Source of the DNA: the human T2T-CHM13v2.0 reference genome, Homo sapiens
Reading direction: 5' to 3' (one strand)
DNA length: 64,000 bases
Assembly: GCF_009914755.1 (NCBI RefSeq)
Contig: NC_060929.1
How positions within the stretch are numbered: the stretch's first letter is position 1; each line of letters starts with the position of its first letter. The notes under the pieces were generated by a model, which saw only the letters and a program-made list of their open reading frames with translations, was not told where the DNA came from and did no database searches. The position numbers and the translations under genes are program-made. Positions 13,542 to 27,129 of this stretch are shown here, piece after piece.

Positions 13542-14255
13542 ATGTAAAATATGTGTACTTAATAATGTAGTTTCAAAAGTAATAGTCAAAAAGAATAACT
13601 AAAGGGAGAAATAGGAAAAATAGTTGAGAACATTAATACGCTTCTCTCAGTAATTAATAATATAACGCTTCTCTCAGTAATTAATAATATAAAGAATAGT
13701 TGGAAAATCAGTTAAAATATAGAAGATCCAAACAACACTTTAACCTAATTTTCATTTATATAACATTACACTTAACAACTGCAGAATATATATCCCTTTT
13801 ACCTACTAATGGAGTGTTAAACAATACATTAGGCCACAAAATAAATATCAGTACATTTCAAAAGACTGAAATCTTGTGGATTATATTCTCTGAGCACAAC
13901 ACAATTCACTTAGAAATAAAAATAATGAATTAGAAAAGTCTCAATTATTTGTTAATTAAGCAATGCACTTCTAATGAACACATGAGTCAAAGAAGAAATC
14001 ACAGGGGAAATGTAGAATATATCAAACTGAATGATGATGAAGAGAAAATATATCAAAATTTGTAGAACGCAGCTAAAACAGTGTTTTGAGGGAAATATAT
14101 AGCTTTAAAAGCTTATATTCAAATAAGAGACATTTAAAACCAATGGTCTGAATTTCTATCCTTAGGATCTAGAAAACAAAAGCAAATTAAACCTGAAGTA
14201 GAATAAAGAAAATAAGAGAAGAGCCTAAATCAATAAAATAGAAAAAAAAACCTCC
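13542..14255 (+). mobile_element. Old L1M ORF2 endonuclease-region fragment (continuation of 5150-5855)
   Basis: 'attaggccacaaaataaatatcagtacatttcaaaagactgaaatc...ttctctgagcacaacacaatt', 'gagtcaaagaagaaatcaca', 'gagggaaatatatagctttaaaagcttatatt'. Confidence 0.8.
13638..13691 (+). repeat. 27-bp perfect tandem duplication
   Basis: acgcttctctcagtaattaataatata x2. Confidence 0.95.
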
Positions 14256-14469
14256 ATAAAGCTAGTCAAGTCCATTCAGAATGTTCATAGCATACTCTGC
14301 ATTCAGGCCTTAAAAATGAATTGACCTAAGTCCAATATATGGTTAAGTTTTATGTACCCAGAATTTTATAAATGACTTATTCATGGAATTTATAAAAGAT
14401 AACATCCTATTAAAGTTATTATTTTAGTTATAATTTATTTAGTCTTTATAATGTGCAAATATATTCGAA

Positions 14470-14635
14470 CTCATTTGTCCTCCATAGAGATGCTATGAAG
14501 TATATATTATTTTCATTAAGGAGAGCCACATCTTAGAGAGCTTAAGTAATATACTCGACGTCTCTCAGTAAGTGGTGGAAACAGTATTCAAAATAAGGCC
14601 TGATCTGACCTCAAAGCCTGCACTTTTTCCAGATA
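14470..14635 (-). mobile_element. MIR
   Basis: 'cttagagagcttaagtaat...gtaagtggtggaaacagtattcaaaataaggcctgatctgacctcaaagcctgcact'. Confidence 0.65.
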
Positions 14636-15213
14636 GCTGCCTTGATAGTTACATATGTTAAATTATTTATTGATCTGTTGGTCTCTCTCTTTTTATTAAA
14701 ATTCTTTTTGTAGTGTTCTCTCATATGCTGATTCAAGCTTTCTTTGACATTTTATTTCTACTTCATAGTTCAGTTATTTTCCAAGTTTATTATTTTTGTG
14801 TAATATCTCTGAAGTTAAATATATTTAATATGGACTACTTAGGAAATATCTATAGAATTTTATTATTGAGCAGCTAATGTTTACTTTCATATCTCTGTAC
14901 TTTCCAAATGTCAGAACTTATAATGACTTTTCTGAGTTATTGCCAATAAGACGATATTTACTAAGATTTTTAAGTCCTTATGAAGAGCATTGTTTTAAAT
15001 CAATATAAGATTAGTGAAATAAAAAATGACTCAGTATTTTACTAAAACATTTTTTGAGTATTTTTATTTTAGTAATGTTAATTATATGACTAAAATTGCT
15101 GATACCTAACCTTACTTTCTTATTTTTCTACACTGAAAGAGGATACAGTCTAGTCTTCCAGATTTGTATTGCAACTCACTTCCACTAACTTCCACTAAAA
15201 TATGGTGTCAGCC

Positions 15214-15350
15214 TTTATTAATGCTTCCAAAATATTTGAATATTTTGGATTATATGTACATATATACATTCAAATATTTTGGATGCATTAATAAAATACA
15301 ATTATTTTGTTAATTTTATGAATATTAAATATTTGGAAGCATTAATAAAT
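15214..15350. repeat. Inverted repeat (28-bp arms) plus a third partial copy
   Basis: 15214-15241 tttattaatgcttccaaaatatttgaat vs 15268-15295 attcaaatattttggatgcattaataaa (27/28 complementary); third copy aaatatttggaagcattaataaa at ~15327-15349. Confidence 0.9.
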
Positions 15351-16209
15351 ATATATATATATTTGCTGTGACAAATGTTTTGTTTTCATTATCTCCTTTA
15401 ATCATTATCATAGTTTGGTAAAATAAATGAAATAATCCCTATTTTATAATATGAGGAAACAGGACCAGTTTCCACAGACAGAAAGTTAAGGATCAGTATT
15501 CAGCTGAGATTCTGCTGGCTCAAATCTTGTCCTCTTGACTTCTGTGATCCACATTATTGAATTTTGATATACTATACATAAAGAATGATTGACAGTTAAC
15601 TTTAAGCCATTTTGAGGCATAATTGTATTTCTTGGAAATATTCTCAGAAATGAAAATAAGCTTGAAAAATACAGCAGTTTTTTTTTTCATTCTGATGATA
15701 AGTGTTTATGATGATACCTTATTGTTAATATGTATCGAAATGTCGTTTGAGTGCAAAACACCAACAGTGTTTCTCAATAATTAAACAGCTATCCAATAAT
15801 TGAATTATTAGATAATTTGGCACTTAATGAGTTTACTGACTGAAGGACAAGGCAGCTCCATATAGAAATTAAATAGTTTGCTGAAAGGTTTCACAACAAA
15901 AAGGGCTAGAAGCTTGAAATCTAGAAGTATAACATTGCTTTGGTTGCGTTTTAAATTAGCTAAAATAATCATGCCATTTTATTTTCATATTTGCAAACAA
16001 CTGCACTTTCTGAGGGTAAATAAAATGAGTAGGTTTTTTATTTTTAATAAAAGTAAGTAGCTGGTTACACATTAATGTGTGAATGCTTTTGTCAAATGGC
16101 TAATAATGGTGTGTTTATTAGGTAATTAAAATACTTTAGAATATTGCTCTTTCTTCATAATAAACTAATGTGTAGTTAATCATGAAGTTATAAATAATTG
16201 GACAGAATT

Positions 16210-16560
16210 TTTGAAATTCTTTTTAAATAATAAAACACAATACAGAAAACTATATAAAATTGATGTATAGCTTAGTGAAGTATGTATTGAAAAGCAAACA
16301 TCTCAGTAATTACCATCTGCACATTAAGAAGTCAATTATTATTCACACATCCCATAAGCCCTCCATGTGTCTCATTCCATTTACATCTGCCTCCTTCCCA
16401 CCCCAAATAACCATTATCTTGACTTTTATAGTAATTATTCCCTTGCATTTATTTATAGCTTAATCAGTATGGCTACATCCTAGAGGTTCTTCTTTACTGT
16501 TGCTCACTTTTTAAAAAACTCAATATATTTTTAAAATGTCTTTTAATCAAAAGATTATTC
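16210..16560 (-). mobile_element. Old L1 (L1ME-like) 3' end
   Basis: 'taataaaacacaatacagaaaactatata...gtaattaccatc...ataaccattatcttgacttttatagtaattattcccttg'. Confidence 0.6.
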
Positions 16561-16593
16561 CTCCAATCACTTTCTTTTCTATTCAATTTATTT

Positions 16594-16920
<327 letters not shown>

Positions 16921-16924
16921 TAAA

Positions 16925-19900
16925 AAAATCCAAGGCTATTTGAGCCGTAGAGTTCTACACACCCTGTATTTTGCTGATTGTATACTTGTGGTACAGTTCA
17001 ATTTGTTTCTCTCTCCATTTTCTTTCTCTGTCCTGTGTATTTCCAAATGGTAGTTGGCTTCTCAGATTTGATCAGACTCAAATTGGATCCCCGTGACAAG
17101 ATTACATATTCATTCATTCATTCATTCATTCATTCCAGGAGACAAATAATGTTTGGTTGTCTCTCTTTTGTGATTTAGTAGTTATTTGATGCTCAGTGCC
17201 TAGATCCAATAATTTATTGTTGTTGCAAAATGGCGATAGTCCTATTTTACCATTCCTTTTAAATTTAATATTTGGATTGCCTGTATAAGAAGCTGTTTTG
17301 GCAGGGAGCAGGGGCTCACGCCTGTAGTCCCAGCACTTTGGGAGGCTGAGGTGGATGGATCACGAGGTCAGTAGTTCGAGACCAGCCTGGCCAACATGGT
17401 TAAACCCCGTCTCTACTAAAAATACAGAAATTAGCTGGGCGTGGTGGCACATGCCTGTAATACCAGCTAGTCAGGAGGCTGAGTCAGGAGAATCACTTGA
17501 GCCCAGGGGGCAGAAGTTGCAGTGAGCCCGAGATCTGCACCACTGCACTCCAGCCTGGCAACAGAGCGAGACTCTGTCTCAAAAAAAAAAAAAAAAAAAA
17601 AAAAGGAAGCTGTCCTCTGCATCTACTAGTTGATTACTCAGTGGTACAGTTCATAAAGGAAAGTCAGAATAAATATTTCCTTTCCCTTTATCTACCAGTT
17701 TTTAAGGTACTGACTTTTAAGATAATGAATTAGTTATCTATCATCCTCTGAAATTGTTCAATTAATTTTTATAAAGTGTCATGATTAATTTAAACGTATT
17801 TTATCAGTTTTAGTTCATTGTAATTCTTACCTTATTTATTTCACCTTAAGCTGAAACTTTGGACATGAGTAGTTTCTTCAAGTTGGCTGTTGAGTTCTTT
17901 GAACATGTTTTTGATTGTTCCCTTGCTATCCTGCGTGACAAGATGTTTTAGGCTTATCTTGCACATTTCCTGCCCTAGACCTAGAAAAATTGTAGTTCAA
18001 GATCATATTCTGGACACTAAGAATGTTCATTACTGCTGGATTGGTTATTGTTTCTAGGCCTTTACAGTGAACAGGGCTGCCTTTCTATCTAAAGATAACA
18101 TAAATGAGAGTGTTAATATCAATACTTTCAGTTCCAATTTAGGACTTTAGGGTTTCTACTTAAAGTCTTCTATATTACATCTGTAATTTATTTCTTACAC
18201 ACTGAAAACAGTGGTTTTTCAGGACACAAAGAAAGGTGGAATTATAATATCCCTAAATTACCCATTTGCTTTATTCCAAATTATGCATAAAAAGTCTCAG
18301 GATAACAATATCAACACAACTACTACCAATTTTATTTTTTCATTTGTTCTCCCCATATTCCCCCCTCCTTTAAAAAATAGTTGTGATATATCTACACTGT
18401 CAGGTCATATAGTGAAACTTATTATAGTTCCTTCCTCTTAAACCCCATTTAGTATTAGTTCTACAACTAACCATGAGAATTTATCTTGAAAGCACTCTAG
18501 TCATTTTTTTTAAATTGAATTTCAGTTTGTAATAGATTCCTCTCGAAAAGTTTGTGGGAGCAATATTCCCTGAGTCTTTGCATGTTAGTAGCATTTTGTC
18601 TATGCTTTTTGTAATTGAAATTCTTTTTTTTAATATAAAATCTTTGGCATATATACTCTTTCTTTGTCTATCTTAAATATGTTACTGAATTTTCTTAAGA
18701 CATAAAGCATTGAATTTGAAAAGTCTAATGATTATCTAATTTTCTTTCCTTTATAAGTAACTTTCTTTTTTCTTTAGATTCCCAACAGACATTTTCTTTT
18801 CTTTTTTTTTCAGTTCAATAATTTTACTGGAATACATTTTGATGTTGATTGTTCTTGATTTGTCAGTTACATGGTCCACTTTTTCAATATTTAGTTTTAA
18901 ATCACTTATATTTTTATTTCAGAAATGTTTTAGTTATATTTTTAGTATTTGTTCTGTTTCATTGCTTTAGTTTTTCTCTTCAGAGATTTTTGTTATTCAT
19001 ATGTTAAGTATTTTTGTCTTCAATATTTGTCCCTTTTACTCATCCTTTGTCTTCTTTAATTCTTTTATTTATTTTTTTCCTGCCTTTTTACCTTTTACTT
19101 ATCAAGGTGTTTTGTGCTACATTTACTTATTTTTTTCTTCCTTCCAGTTTAATCTTCATTCCTGAAACTATTGTTCTCTGATGTCCAATTTCATCTTGAG
19201 ATTTATCAGCTGGTGGTGTTTTCTAATTCTAATTTATGTTGCTTTTTCAAGTCTTGTATTCTTAGTATCTTTTAGCTTGTTATGAAATAATAGGTTAGAG
19301 TTTTGATTTGTTTTCTGAACATTTCTTTTTGGCATACTTTCGTTGTCTCTAGTATGTTATTTTGTTTTTTACTATCTTTTTTCTTTAATAAGTTTTTATG
19401 GGATTTGGCCTTAATCCTTGTTTTGCTCATATTTACACAAAATTGATTTCCGTGAATTTTTAGAGAAGGAACTTTTAGTTCAGGATTGCTTTTATAATGT
19501 CACCAAACTCCCTCTCTTGTTTTCACGCCTTTAAAATATGGTGGTTTGCTTTCTCTCTTGGCTCTCTTTCTCTTCTTTACTTTTATCTATATCTTCTTTC
19601 TCTTTTGTCCCTGTTGACTTTTTCCTGTCCATTGCTGAATCCACTGCCAGCTGTTTCTCCTCAGTGTAGTGTCCTCTTTTGGAAAAGAGCCCTGGCTGGT
19701 TAGTGTGAGAGTTTGGAGGTGCTCAGGCTGCTTGAGACATTGTGGAGCTGACCTTTGGCTCTTACAAGCCTCTGTTATTGTTTTGGACATAATCACTCAG
19801 CTGCTGTTATCTGTTGGCCACTGTGCCTTCCTGCAAACACTCATTGGACATGGATGTTCTCCTGTTCTCAGGTCATTCCCTGGCCTTTTTGTTTCACTCT

Positions 19901-20140
19901 GTTTTCTCCTCATAGTCACTGATATGTAGGTTTTGTGGCTGTTAGTGGTTTATTACTACTTACTTGTATTTTGGAGTTTGGGATACTTTGTTAGCAATTG
20001 TAAATTTGCTTCTGTGTTTTGGGTTTTGCTACCTCGTTGATCTATCTAATTTGACTGCTTGATCTATCAACAAGATAGCAAAATGATATATTTCAGAAAT
20101 TATTTCAGGGATTATTCAGAGAGATAAAAACTATGCTGCC
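16925..20140 (-). mobile_element. Ancient HAL1/L1M-family element(s), interrupted by an Alu
   Basis: T-rich; 18540-19000 'caatattccctgagtctttgcatg...tcttaaatatgttact...aagtctaatgattatctaattttctttcctttataagt' resembles the antisense HAL1 ORF1-like region; boundaries uncertain. Confidence 0.55.
17300..17604 (+). mobile_element. AluSg-like
   Basis: 'gatcacgaggtcagtagttcgagaccagcctggccaacatgg', ~24-A tail; gaagctgt on both flanks. Confidence 0.92.
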
Positions 20141-20594
20141 ACCACCACCAATAGCTTTAGGTTAAAATATTTTAATTTTCCTGAGGCTAGAAATTATTTG
20201 CTATTTTTCCAGTGTATGTGGTAAAAGCTTTCCTTTATACATTTTTCAGTTTTCAAGAGCTGCTGGGTACTGATTTCTGTGGGCTAGCCTACTCGGGGCT
20301 GTCGGGGAAAATTGGGAAGAGAGTTCGTGGCATTTCCATGTGGGCATTTCTGCTTCTCTGGGTTGCTGTCTGGAATTGGATGTGTGGATCATGCTTATGT
20401 GCTTAGAAGGAAACATTCTACTTCTGAATAGTCTAAAAACTTTGAGGACCACACTGAGTCTTTGTGCTTTCTTCTTTTATATTGCCTATGATAGCATGTG
20501 CCATTCTTATTTTGTGGTTCAATCAGAAATGAAAATGCCTTCTGTATTTTTAATTTGTTCAGATGTGAGTGTACAGTGTCTATAATAATCTCGT

Positions 20595-20815
20595 GGATTT
20601 GTAAAACACTTTAGGATTTGAAAACTACTTTTGCATCCATGCTTCCAGGGAAGCTCATAAACTAGTTGTGAAATTGACTCCAGTGCTATTCATATTTCCA
20701 TTATTTTATAGCTAAGAAACTAACCAACAGAGACTAAGTCACTTGTCCAGTGTCACACATCTAACAAGTAGGAGAAATACAACTAGAACTAGTGTTTTCT
20801 GATTCTCAAACCAGC
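20595..20815 (-). mobile_element. MIR
   Basis: 'attttatagctaagaaactaaccaacagagactaagtcacttgtccagtgtcacacatctaacaagt'. Confidence 0.65.
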
Positions 20816-21729
20816 AATTTATTCACATAGAATTTTTGGGTCTCTTTTATTATGACAGAAGCATGCTTGCAACGTGACATCTGATTGCATTTATCATAAA
20901 AACCATTTTATCCAGGTATTCCATATGTTCAGTAAACACCAAAACCATGTAACAGCAAAGGAATTAAATGTGCCAGGATAATTTCACATCTCATTACCTG
21001 ACGTTTTTTGTACTTAAGAGCCACCCATTAAACATTTTTGAAACTCTTAGTATTCAGCTTAACTCTGGAAAGTTATTTATAGAGAAGTACTCTGCAAACA
21101 ACAACAAAAATGCAATAATCTAAACTCTTTTATTTCCTTATTTCAGTGGCTAAGCAGAAGTGCTTGCACTGAGCTTGTGTTTTTTCGGGCATACCTTAAC
21201 TTATGCAGAGCTAATGGGTCCCCTTTGGGTTTCTGTTCTTGGTGTATTTGACTAAGAGGAGGCTTTATCCTGGGTAAACGATGCAGATTGCTATGCTTGA
21301 AAACTTTATTTGATGTGTCTGTGATTTTATAATGAAGAGATCATTTTATAACCAGGCTTCTGCCTTTATAGGGATATTTCTTTGCTTCACAGTATGGTTT
21401 TATTGTCACATTCTACTAGTGCAGGGATTCAGAGTGTCAGAGCTTATCATACCTCTTAGAAATCGAGTCAAACGTTCCCTCCCTGCTCACTGCATAGGTA
21501 AGGAGATAGAGCTCTAGAGGCTGTGGCTTTCTCACATACCTTATTATTTTCTGTACTAAAGGCTTCTCACACTTCTCCTTTCCTTATGTACACCCAGCCT
21601 TAAGAGATACTAGGCCCTCAGTGTCCTAACCTCGCTGATCTTCATATTTTTCCAGTTTCATTTTTACCACTATTGGCTCTCCAATGTCTAGGCTTTATTC
21701 AGGATAAAATAATTTCAAACCCAAGAAAA

Positions 21730-22112
21730 TGCCATGTTCTCTCACCTTAGGACCTTGGCATGTTCTGTTTCCTCAGTCTCAAAAAGCATCCTTCATCACT
21801 TTTACCTGACTTCAATATGAACTTTCATTATCAGTTGACTGCACTTCCCCCTAGGAAGCTTTACTCGAACATCACAGTTTATTTTAGGTGCCTCTTCCAA
21901 TTGCTACCGTTGATCCCAAATGTCTCACATCACACACATCATACCACCTGTCATGTGACATTATAATGAATTCTGTTACTTGTCAGTATCCTACAGTAGA
22001 CTGAAAGCTCCAAGAAAACAAGAACCATGTCTGTCTAATTAACTGTTAAGTAGTGGGTGTCTACCTAACACAATGTGTGCAGTAAAGAGTAAATAATTAC
22101 TAAATGAATGAT
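21730..22112 (+). mobile_element. L2 3' fragment
   Basis: 'ccttaggaccttggcatg...tagactgaaagctccaagaaaacaagaaccatgtctgtct...taaatgaatga'. Confidence 0.65.
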
Positions 22113-22149
22113 TGACTTTGTTCATACTTTTATTGCCTTATACCTGTAT

Positions 22150-22151
<2 letters not shown>

Positions 22152-22190
<39 letters not shown>
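22152..22190 (+). repeat. (CA)n microsatellite
   Basis: About 19 AC units. Confidence 0.97.
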
Positions 22191-22193
<3 letters not shown>

Positions 22194-23210
22194 TGCAAGT
22201 CTCTAACCTTAAGTATTTTTTCATGACTCCTTATTTTTATACATATTATCTTCAATTTCTGCATCAAATAAAACTTCTTTTCCTTTCTCAAGGTCCTGCA
22301 CTAATTGAGGCCCTCCCTACTCCACCATTCTGATTCCTTATAAACATTATTGCTTGCCATTTATTGGATTATTGTAACTGTGTAATTATTTCATTATAGG
22401 AATATTAATGTTCAGATACAGAAGGAGTTTGGTAATCAAATTTGGCAGACCAATCTAGCTTATTCTGGAAATGCTACATTTACCCTACATTTCCTCTCAA
22501 ATTAATTTAATTCCCAGGTTTTTAGTTTTATTCATTAGCTCAATGAAGACCTGATGGGGATTTCTACTAATGTGATACCTTGCCCTGCCTTTTTAAGGCA
22601 TACTATAAATTAGCAACTTGTAAATTTAATGTAGAACTCAAGGTTCTACGAATGTCTGTCCTCCATGCTTCTGATCTTGGAAGCTTGAAAGCACTTAGCC
22701 TAAGCCCTTGTGGAAGACAATAGATCAGTGGTATTATCTGAAATTTTGCTCATACTTCTTTGTTCAGATAACTTTGGTTATCAGTGAACGAAAGGAAAAC
22801 TGTTTTGAAGACATTGAATTTTACTGCACATATTCCAACATGCTACGCAGAAGTGTGGAGGGTTTAACAAAGGAAAAACAGGGATGGATGCTTTTCTGAG
22901 GAGAATTTGATATTGATTTTCTTGATCCTCTGTAGTATAAAGTTACAGTTCATGTTAGTCACCAGAATTCTATTTTGTTAGCTCTTTTACCTCTTTATTA
23001 AAATAAAGTTTGAGCTCAAATACTTTCATAAGGCATTCTTCTTTATATTAGCAGGATTGGATTTAACTAAAGGCTGTTTTAAGAAACAAACAATGTTTCC
23101 TTTTATATTAATTGTCGTTTTTGGAACAGACTATCAATTATGCTGTTTTAACATATTAGCTACTCATAGAATATGCTTTGTGTTTTTATACAGAGCTTTG
23201 TTTAACATCC

Positions 23211-23256
23211 TGTTAAATAACTTATTTACACTGGTGTAAATAACTTATTTACACCA
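23211..23256. repeat. Overlapping palindromes / direct duplication
   Basis: taaataacttatttacac occurs twice; tggtgtaaataa-c-ttatttacacca (23232-23256) is a perfect 12-bp-arm hairpin. Confidence 0.9.
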
Positions 23257-23769
23257 AAATATTGGGGTTTCTTTTAAAATATTTTATTATTGAATGTAAT
23301 TAAATATGTATATGAGTAGAGCAGATTAAATCATTTTTAATGATTAATTGCTGGTTTTGTTGTTACTTTATAAATCTAACAAGGATCATTTAAAAGTTTG
23401 TGTAAATGTTATCTTTTTTATTTGTATTTTGTGATGTTTATAGAAATATAAAACCGACTTTGTTTCTTTGTGACTTCTCAGTAAAAATCCAGTTTGTATT
23501 AGAGCAGTGATTATTCTGGCATTTTTCTCTGCAGTTTTTGCCAATTGTTGATTAATAATTAGTTTTACTAGTTATGAAAGACCCTATATTATTTAAATGT
23601 GACTAGTATTTTTTTTCAGAGTCAAGCTGAAGTATTGTTATTTTGAGTGTACAGAAACAGGTGCTATTAATTTGCAAGTATACTAATAGGTTTACTAATA
23701 GTATCCTCCTACATTCAAGTGTATTTAAAAATTTTAAACATGTAATGCTTTATACATTGTTTGTTATAA

Positions 23770-23915
23770 CATTTTCTGCATTGTTCTGTGTTGGTCTTCC
23801 ATTCCACAGTAAGCTACTTGGGAGGAGAAACCCCATCTCATTCTTTTTTGTATCACCAAAACTTACTGCATGTTCTTGTACACATTAAACATTCAATAAA
23901 TCTTTGACAAATTAA
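23770..23915 (+). mobile_element. L2 3' fragment
   Basis: 'cagtaagctacttgggaggagaaaccccatctcattcttttttgtatcacc...cattcaataaatctttga'. Confidence 0.55.
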
Positions 23916-24019
23916 TGATATTAATTTAGTGAATTATATTTGTTGTGGAGTATTTATATGGAAGAACAAAGCTAAGCAAATTGGTTATCTAATTCCTCCT
24001 GGGAACTTTGTCTACTATG

Positions 24020-24476
24020 CTGTACTGGACACTCTATCTACTGTTTACCTTACTCTCTGCCCTGGAAAGGTGAACTGAATGAACACATCAACAGGACTTC
24101 TAGCTCACTGGCTTTTGGTCGAGTTTGGCCCATGGAGAGTTGTGGCAGGAGATCAGAGTGAGGGCAGAAAGTGAGGTTGGGGTGTGTATTCCCTTGGCTT
24201 CTCCCTGGAGATTGCCTATTTCTTGCTGTGTCATGTACCTGAAAGTTCCTCTTTCTCTCCAAACATGCCATTCTACATGGCTCTCCAAACTGGTCCTGGA
24301 AAACTCTCCCTCCTCTGGTTGTCCCTTTGGACCTTGGGGTGGTAACACCTTAGCTGCTGGTAACCCTGTATTCTTCCTCTATTCCCTTAGTGAATAGTCC
24401 TTTCATAAATAAACTCTTCTCGAAGTGTACTAATTTGACTGTGCCATCTGTTGTCATTACAACCTCAACTGATAAA
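24020..24476 (+). mobile_element. LTR33-like ERVL solo LTR
   Basis: 'ctggcttttggtcgagtttggcccatggagagttgtggcaggagatcagag...gtgaggttggggtgtgtattccc', AATAAA near 24408, ends 'gtgccatctgtt...actgataaa'. Confidence 0.7.
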
Positions 24477-24984
24477 TGAATCTTATTGTAATTTTTTAAA
24501 AATCTTATTCTTCTGTTAAATGCTCTATTAGTAGAACTTAATTTCTACAAAAGCAATCACAATCTATAAATTTGATGTAACTGAAGTGTTTTTGGTGGCA
24601 TAAAACAAGCATATCAATCTTTTGAAGAAAATTATGTCTTTAATCCAGGTACTTAATTCCACCACAAAGTGGATTAAAACCATTTAAAAATTAAAACATT
24701 CATTACTTGAATAAAAAACTGAATATACACTGTGTGCGAGGAGCTATAGATACAAGAATGAAGAAAATTCATAATCAAACACAAAATGCTCATATCTTAG
24801 TGTGAGAGACTAGTATATCAATGAATAAAAACTATATAAAGATCTATATTATCTTCAAGGCACATATTTAAAATATTATCATAATACAAATGATTTTTCC
24901 TAGGGAACTATTGTGGATCATTTCTCAGATTGAAAATTTTCATTACAAAACTTACTATATGCTAGGTTAAATAAATGTGAATAT

Positions 24985-25240
24985 ATTCCTAATATATGCT
25001 GGGTAGTATTCTAAGTATTCTACAAATACTTATTTAATTCTCCTTCTTAACTCCTTTTAATTTTTTCCATCTTATGAAGTAAATAATACTAATTTCCCAT
25101 TTTATGTATGAGGAAATGGAGGCACAAGGAAGCTAAGGAACTTGTCCAAACAAATACAGCTACTAATTAATATAGCTGAGATTCAAGTCCAGGCAATAAT
25201 GTTCTAGAGGCCATGTTCTTGGTCACTGTGCTGTGCTAAT
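24985..25240 (-). mobile_element. MIR
   Basis: 'cccattttatgtatgaggaaatggaggcacaaggaagctaaggaacttgtccaa...agctgagattcaagtccaggca'. Confidence 0.8.
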
Positions 25241-25370
25241 GCTTTCATAGAGTCACACCTGTAGGATGCCACACTGCTTCCTACACTCCTTATTCATCCT
25301 TCCCCCTGCAAGAATAAATCCATAACTGATTGGTGAGTTTAATAGAAGAATCCAAGTTTGCATGGGTCTC

Positions 25371-25745
25371 TGTATTAGTTTGTTCTCACACTGCTGTAAA
25401 TAAATACCTGAGATTGGGCAATTTAGAAAGGAAAGGAGTTAAATTTACTCACAGTTCTGCATGGCTGGGGAAGCCTCGGGAAACTTACAATCATGACAGA
25501 AGGGAAAGCAAACACATCCTTCTTCACAAGGCAGCAGGAGAGAGAAGTGAGAGGAGCGAAAGGGGAAAAGCTCCTTATAAAACCATCAGATCTCATCAGA
25601 ATTCACTCACTATCACAAGAACAGCAAGGGGGAAACTGCCCCTATGATTCAATTATCTCCACCTGGTCTCTCCCTTGACATGTGGGGATTATGGGGATTA
25701 CAATGCAAGATGAGATTTTGGGTGGGAAACAGCCAAACCATATCA
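25371..25745 (-). mobile_element. THE1 (THE1D-like) MaLR solo LTR, complete
   Basis: From 'tgtattagtttgttctcacactgct' to 'acagccaaaccatatca'; internal 'aaaccatcagatctc', 'atgattcaattatctcc'. Confidence 0.92.
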
Positions 25746-27129
25746 GTTACATCTCTCTTTCCTTTGGTTATCTGCCTACCAAAAGGAAGGGTGAAATTTC
25801 ATTTCTCTCTCTGCTGTGAAAGATGGTTAGTAGTAGGTAGGGGAAGGTGTAGTCTGAGATTATCTTCCTATACACTGGTAGTGTAACGAATTCAGGGGAA
25901 GTAAGCCTGCTGCTGTTGTTGACTTAAGCCATGTGTCTACAGTCAATGTTATCAGGAATAAATATATTTCTCCATCTGCCTGGTTATTGTATCTATCTCT
26001 GAAAGGGTTTTCCAATTCAGACAGAGAAGAGAGGGAGGCTATATATTTACCTTCTGAAACCCCAACTGCCAACCAGTGAGGAAGAGAGGAAGAACATTCC
26101 AGGCAGAATAGAATGCTCTTATTCCAGAATGGCTTAGCTTATTTGAATGTTATACGAAGTTGACATGTTCATTCCTTTGTAGCTCACTACTAGGTGAAGA
26201 TCAGATTGAGATGAAACTTGAAGTTTTTAACCTCGCTCTTATATTTTGTAACACATATTTTATAAGTGTAACCTGTAGGGAGTCACTGGTAAGAGCCATT
26301 TTTAGAAGAGGATAAGATTAGAGAAAGAATGCAAGAAAAATAAATGGACAATAGTGCAAAATACAGCAGAGGGGTTGAATGAAAAAATGACTGTTCATTG
26401 GTGTTGGCAGTAGGGAGGCCTTTGGTGATATTCTTGAGAACAGCTTCAGGAATAAAACCCTAATTTTATATTATACAAGTATAATAGTTTGAATAATAAA
26501 TTATATAATATAATAATAATCTAATAATTATAATAGTTTATAATAATTATAATACTTTGAACAATAAGTGAGAGGTGAGAGAAAAGGCAGATGGAGAGTA
26601 GACTTCTTTGAGGAAGCTTAGATGGGAGGGAGAGAAGAGGAAATTTTAAGTAGCTACAGGGGAACAAAAATAACTTGGTATTTGTTGTTTGTTTTGCCTT
26701 TTTAAAAAAAATATTAAATAAATGTGAATATATTCCTAAGCAATAGAGAAAGCCAGAAGCAATGTTGAAAAGATTAGAACAAGAGAAAAGAAGAACTAAA
26801 CTCTGGATCAACAGAAGGAGGGTGAGTCTTGTGCTGGGACAAAACCCTCTCCCTGTGGTCTGCAGGAAAGAGAGGCAGGTGGTGTGGATGCACACCTGCA
26901 TCCCTAACCCAGTAATTATTAACTTGTCAGACTCTTCTCCAGTGCAGCTCACAAGCTGAACACACTATACATACTTTTAAGTGTTGAGATGGAACTTGAA
27001 TCCTTGCTTGAAGAATATGTAATAAGTATTATTCCTCACAATTTAAACCCATGTCATGTTGTAAATCTCCACTTGCTCTCCCTCCAGGATTTAAAAAGAA
27101 ATGTCTTTGTGTTTTCTGGATGCTTTTTT

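Noticed and set aside
11212-13547. Dense overlapping ORFs up to 197 aa
   Set aside because: They lie in a GC-rich MER52 LTR where stops are rare; ORFs on both strands and in multiple frames, no recognisable domain.
16067-16080. 14-bp palindrome acacattaatgtgt
   Set aside because: Palindromes of this length are expected by chance in 64 kb of AT-rich DNA.
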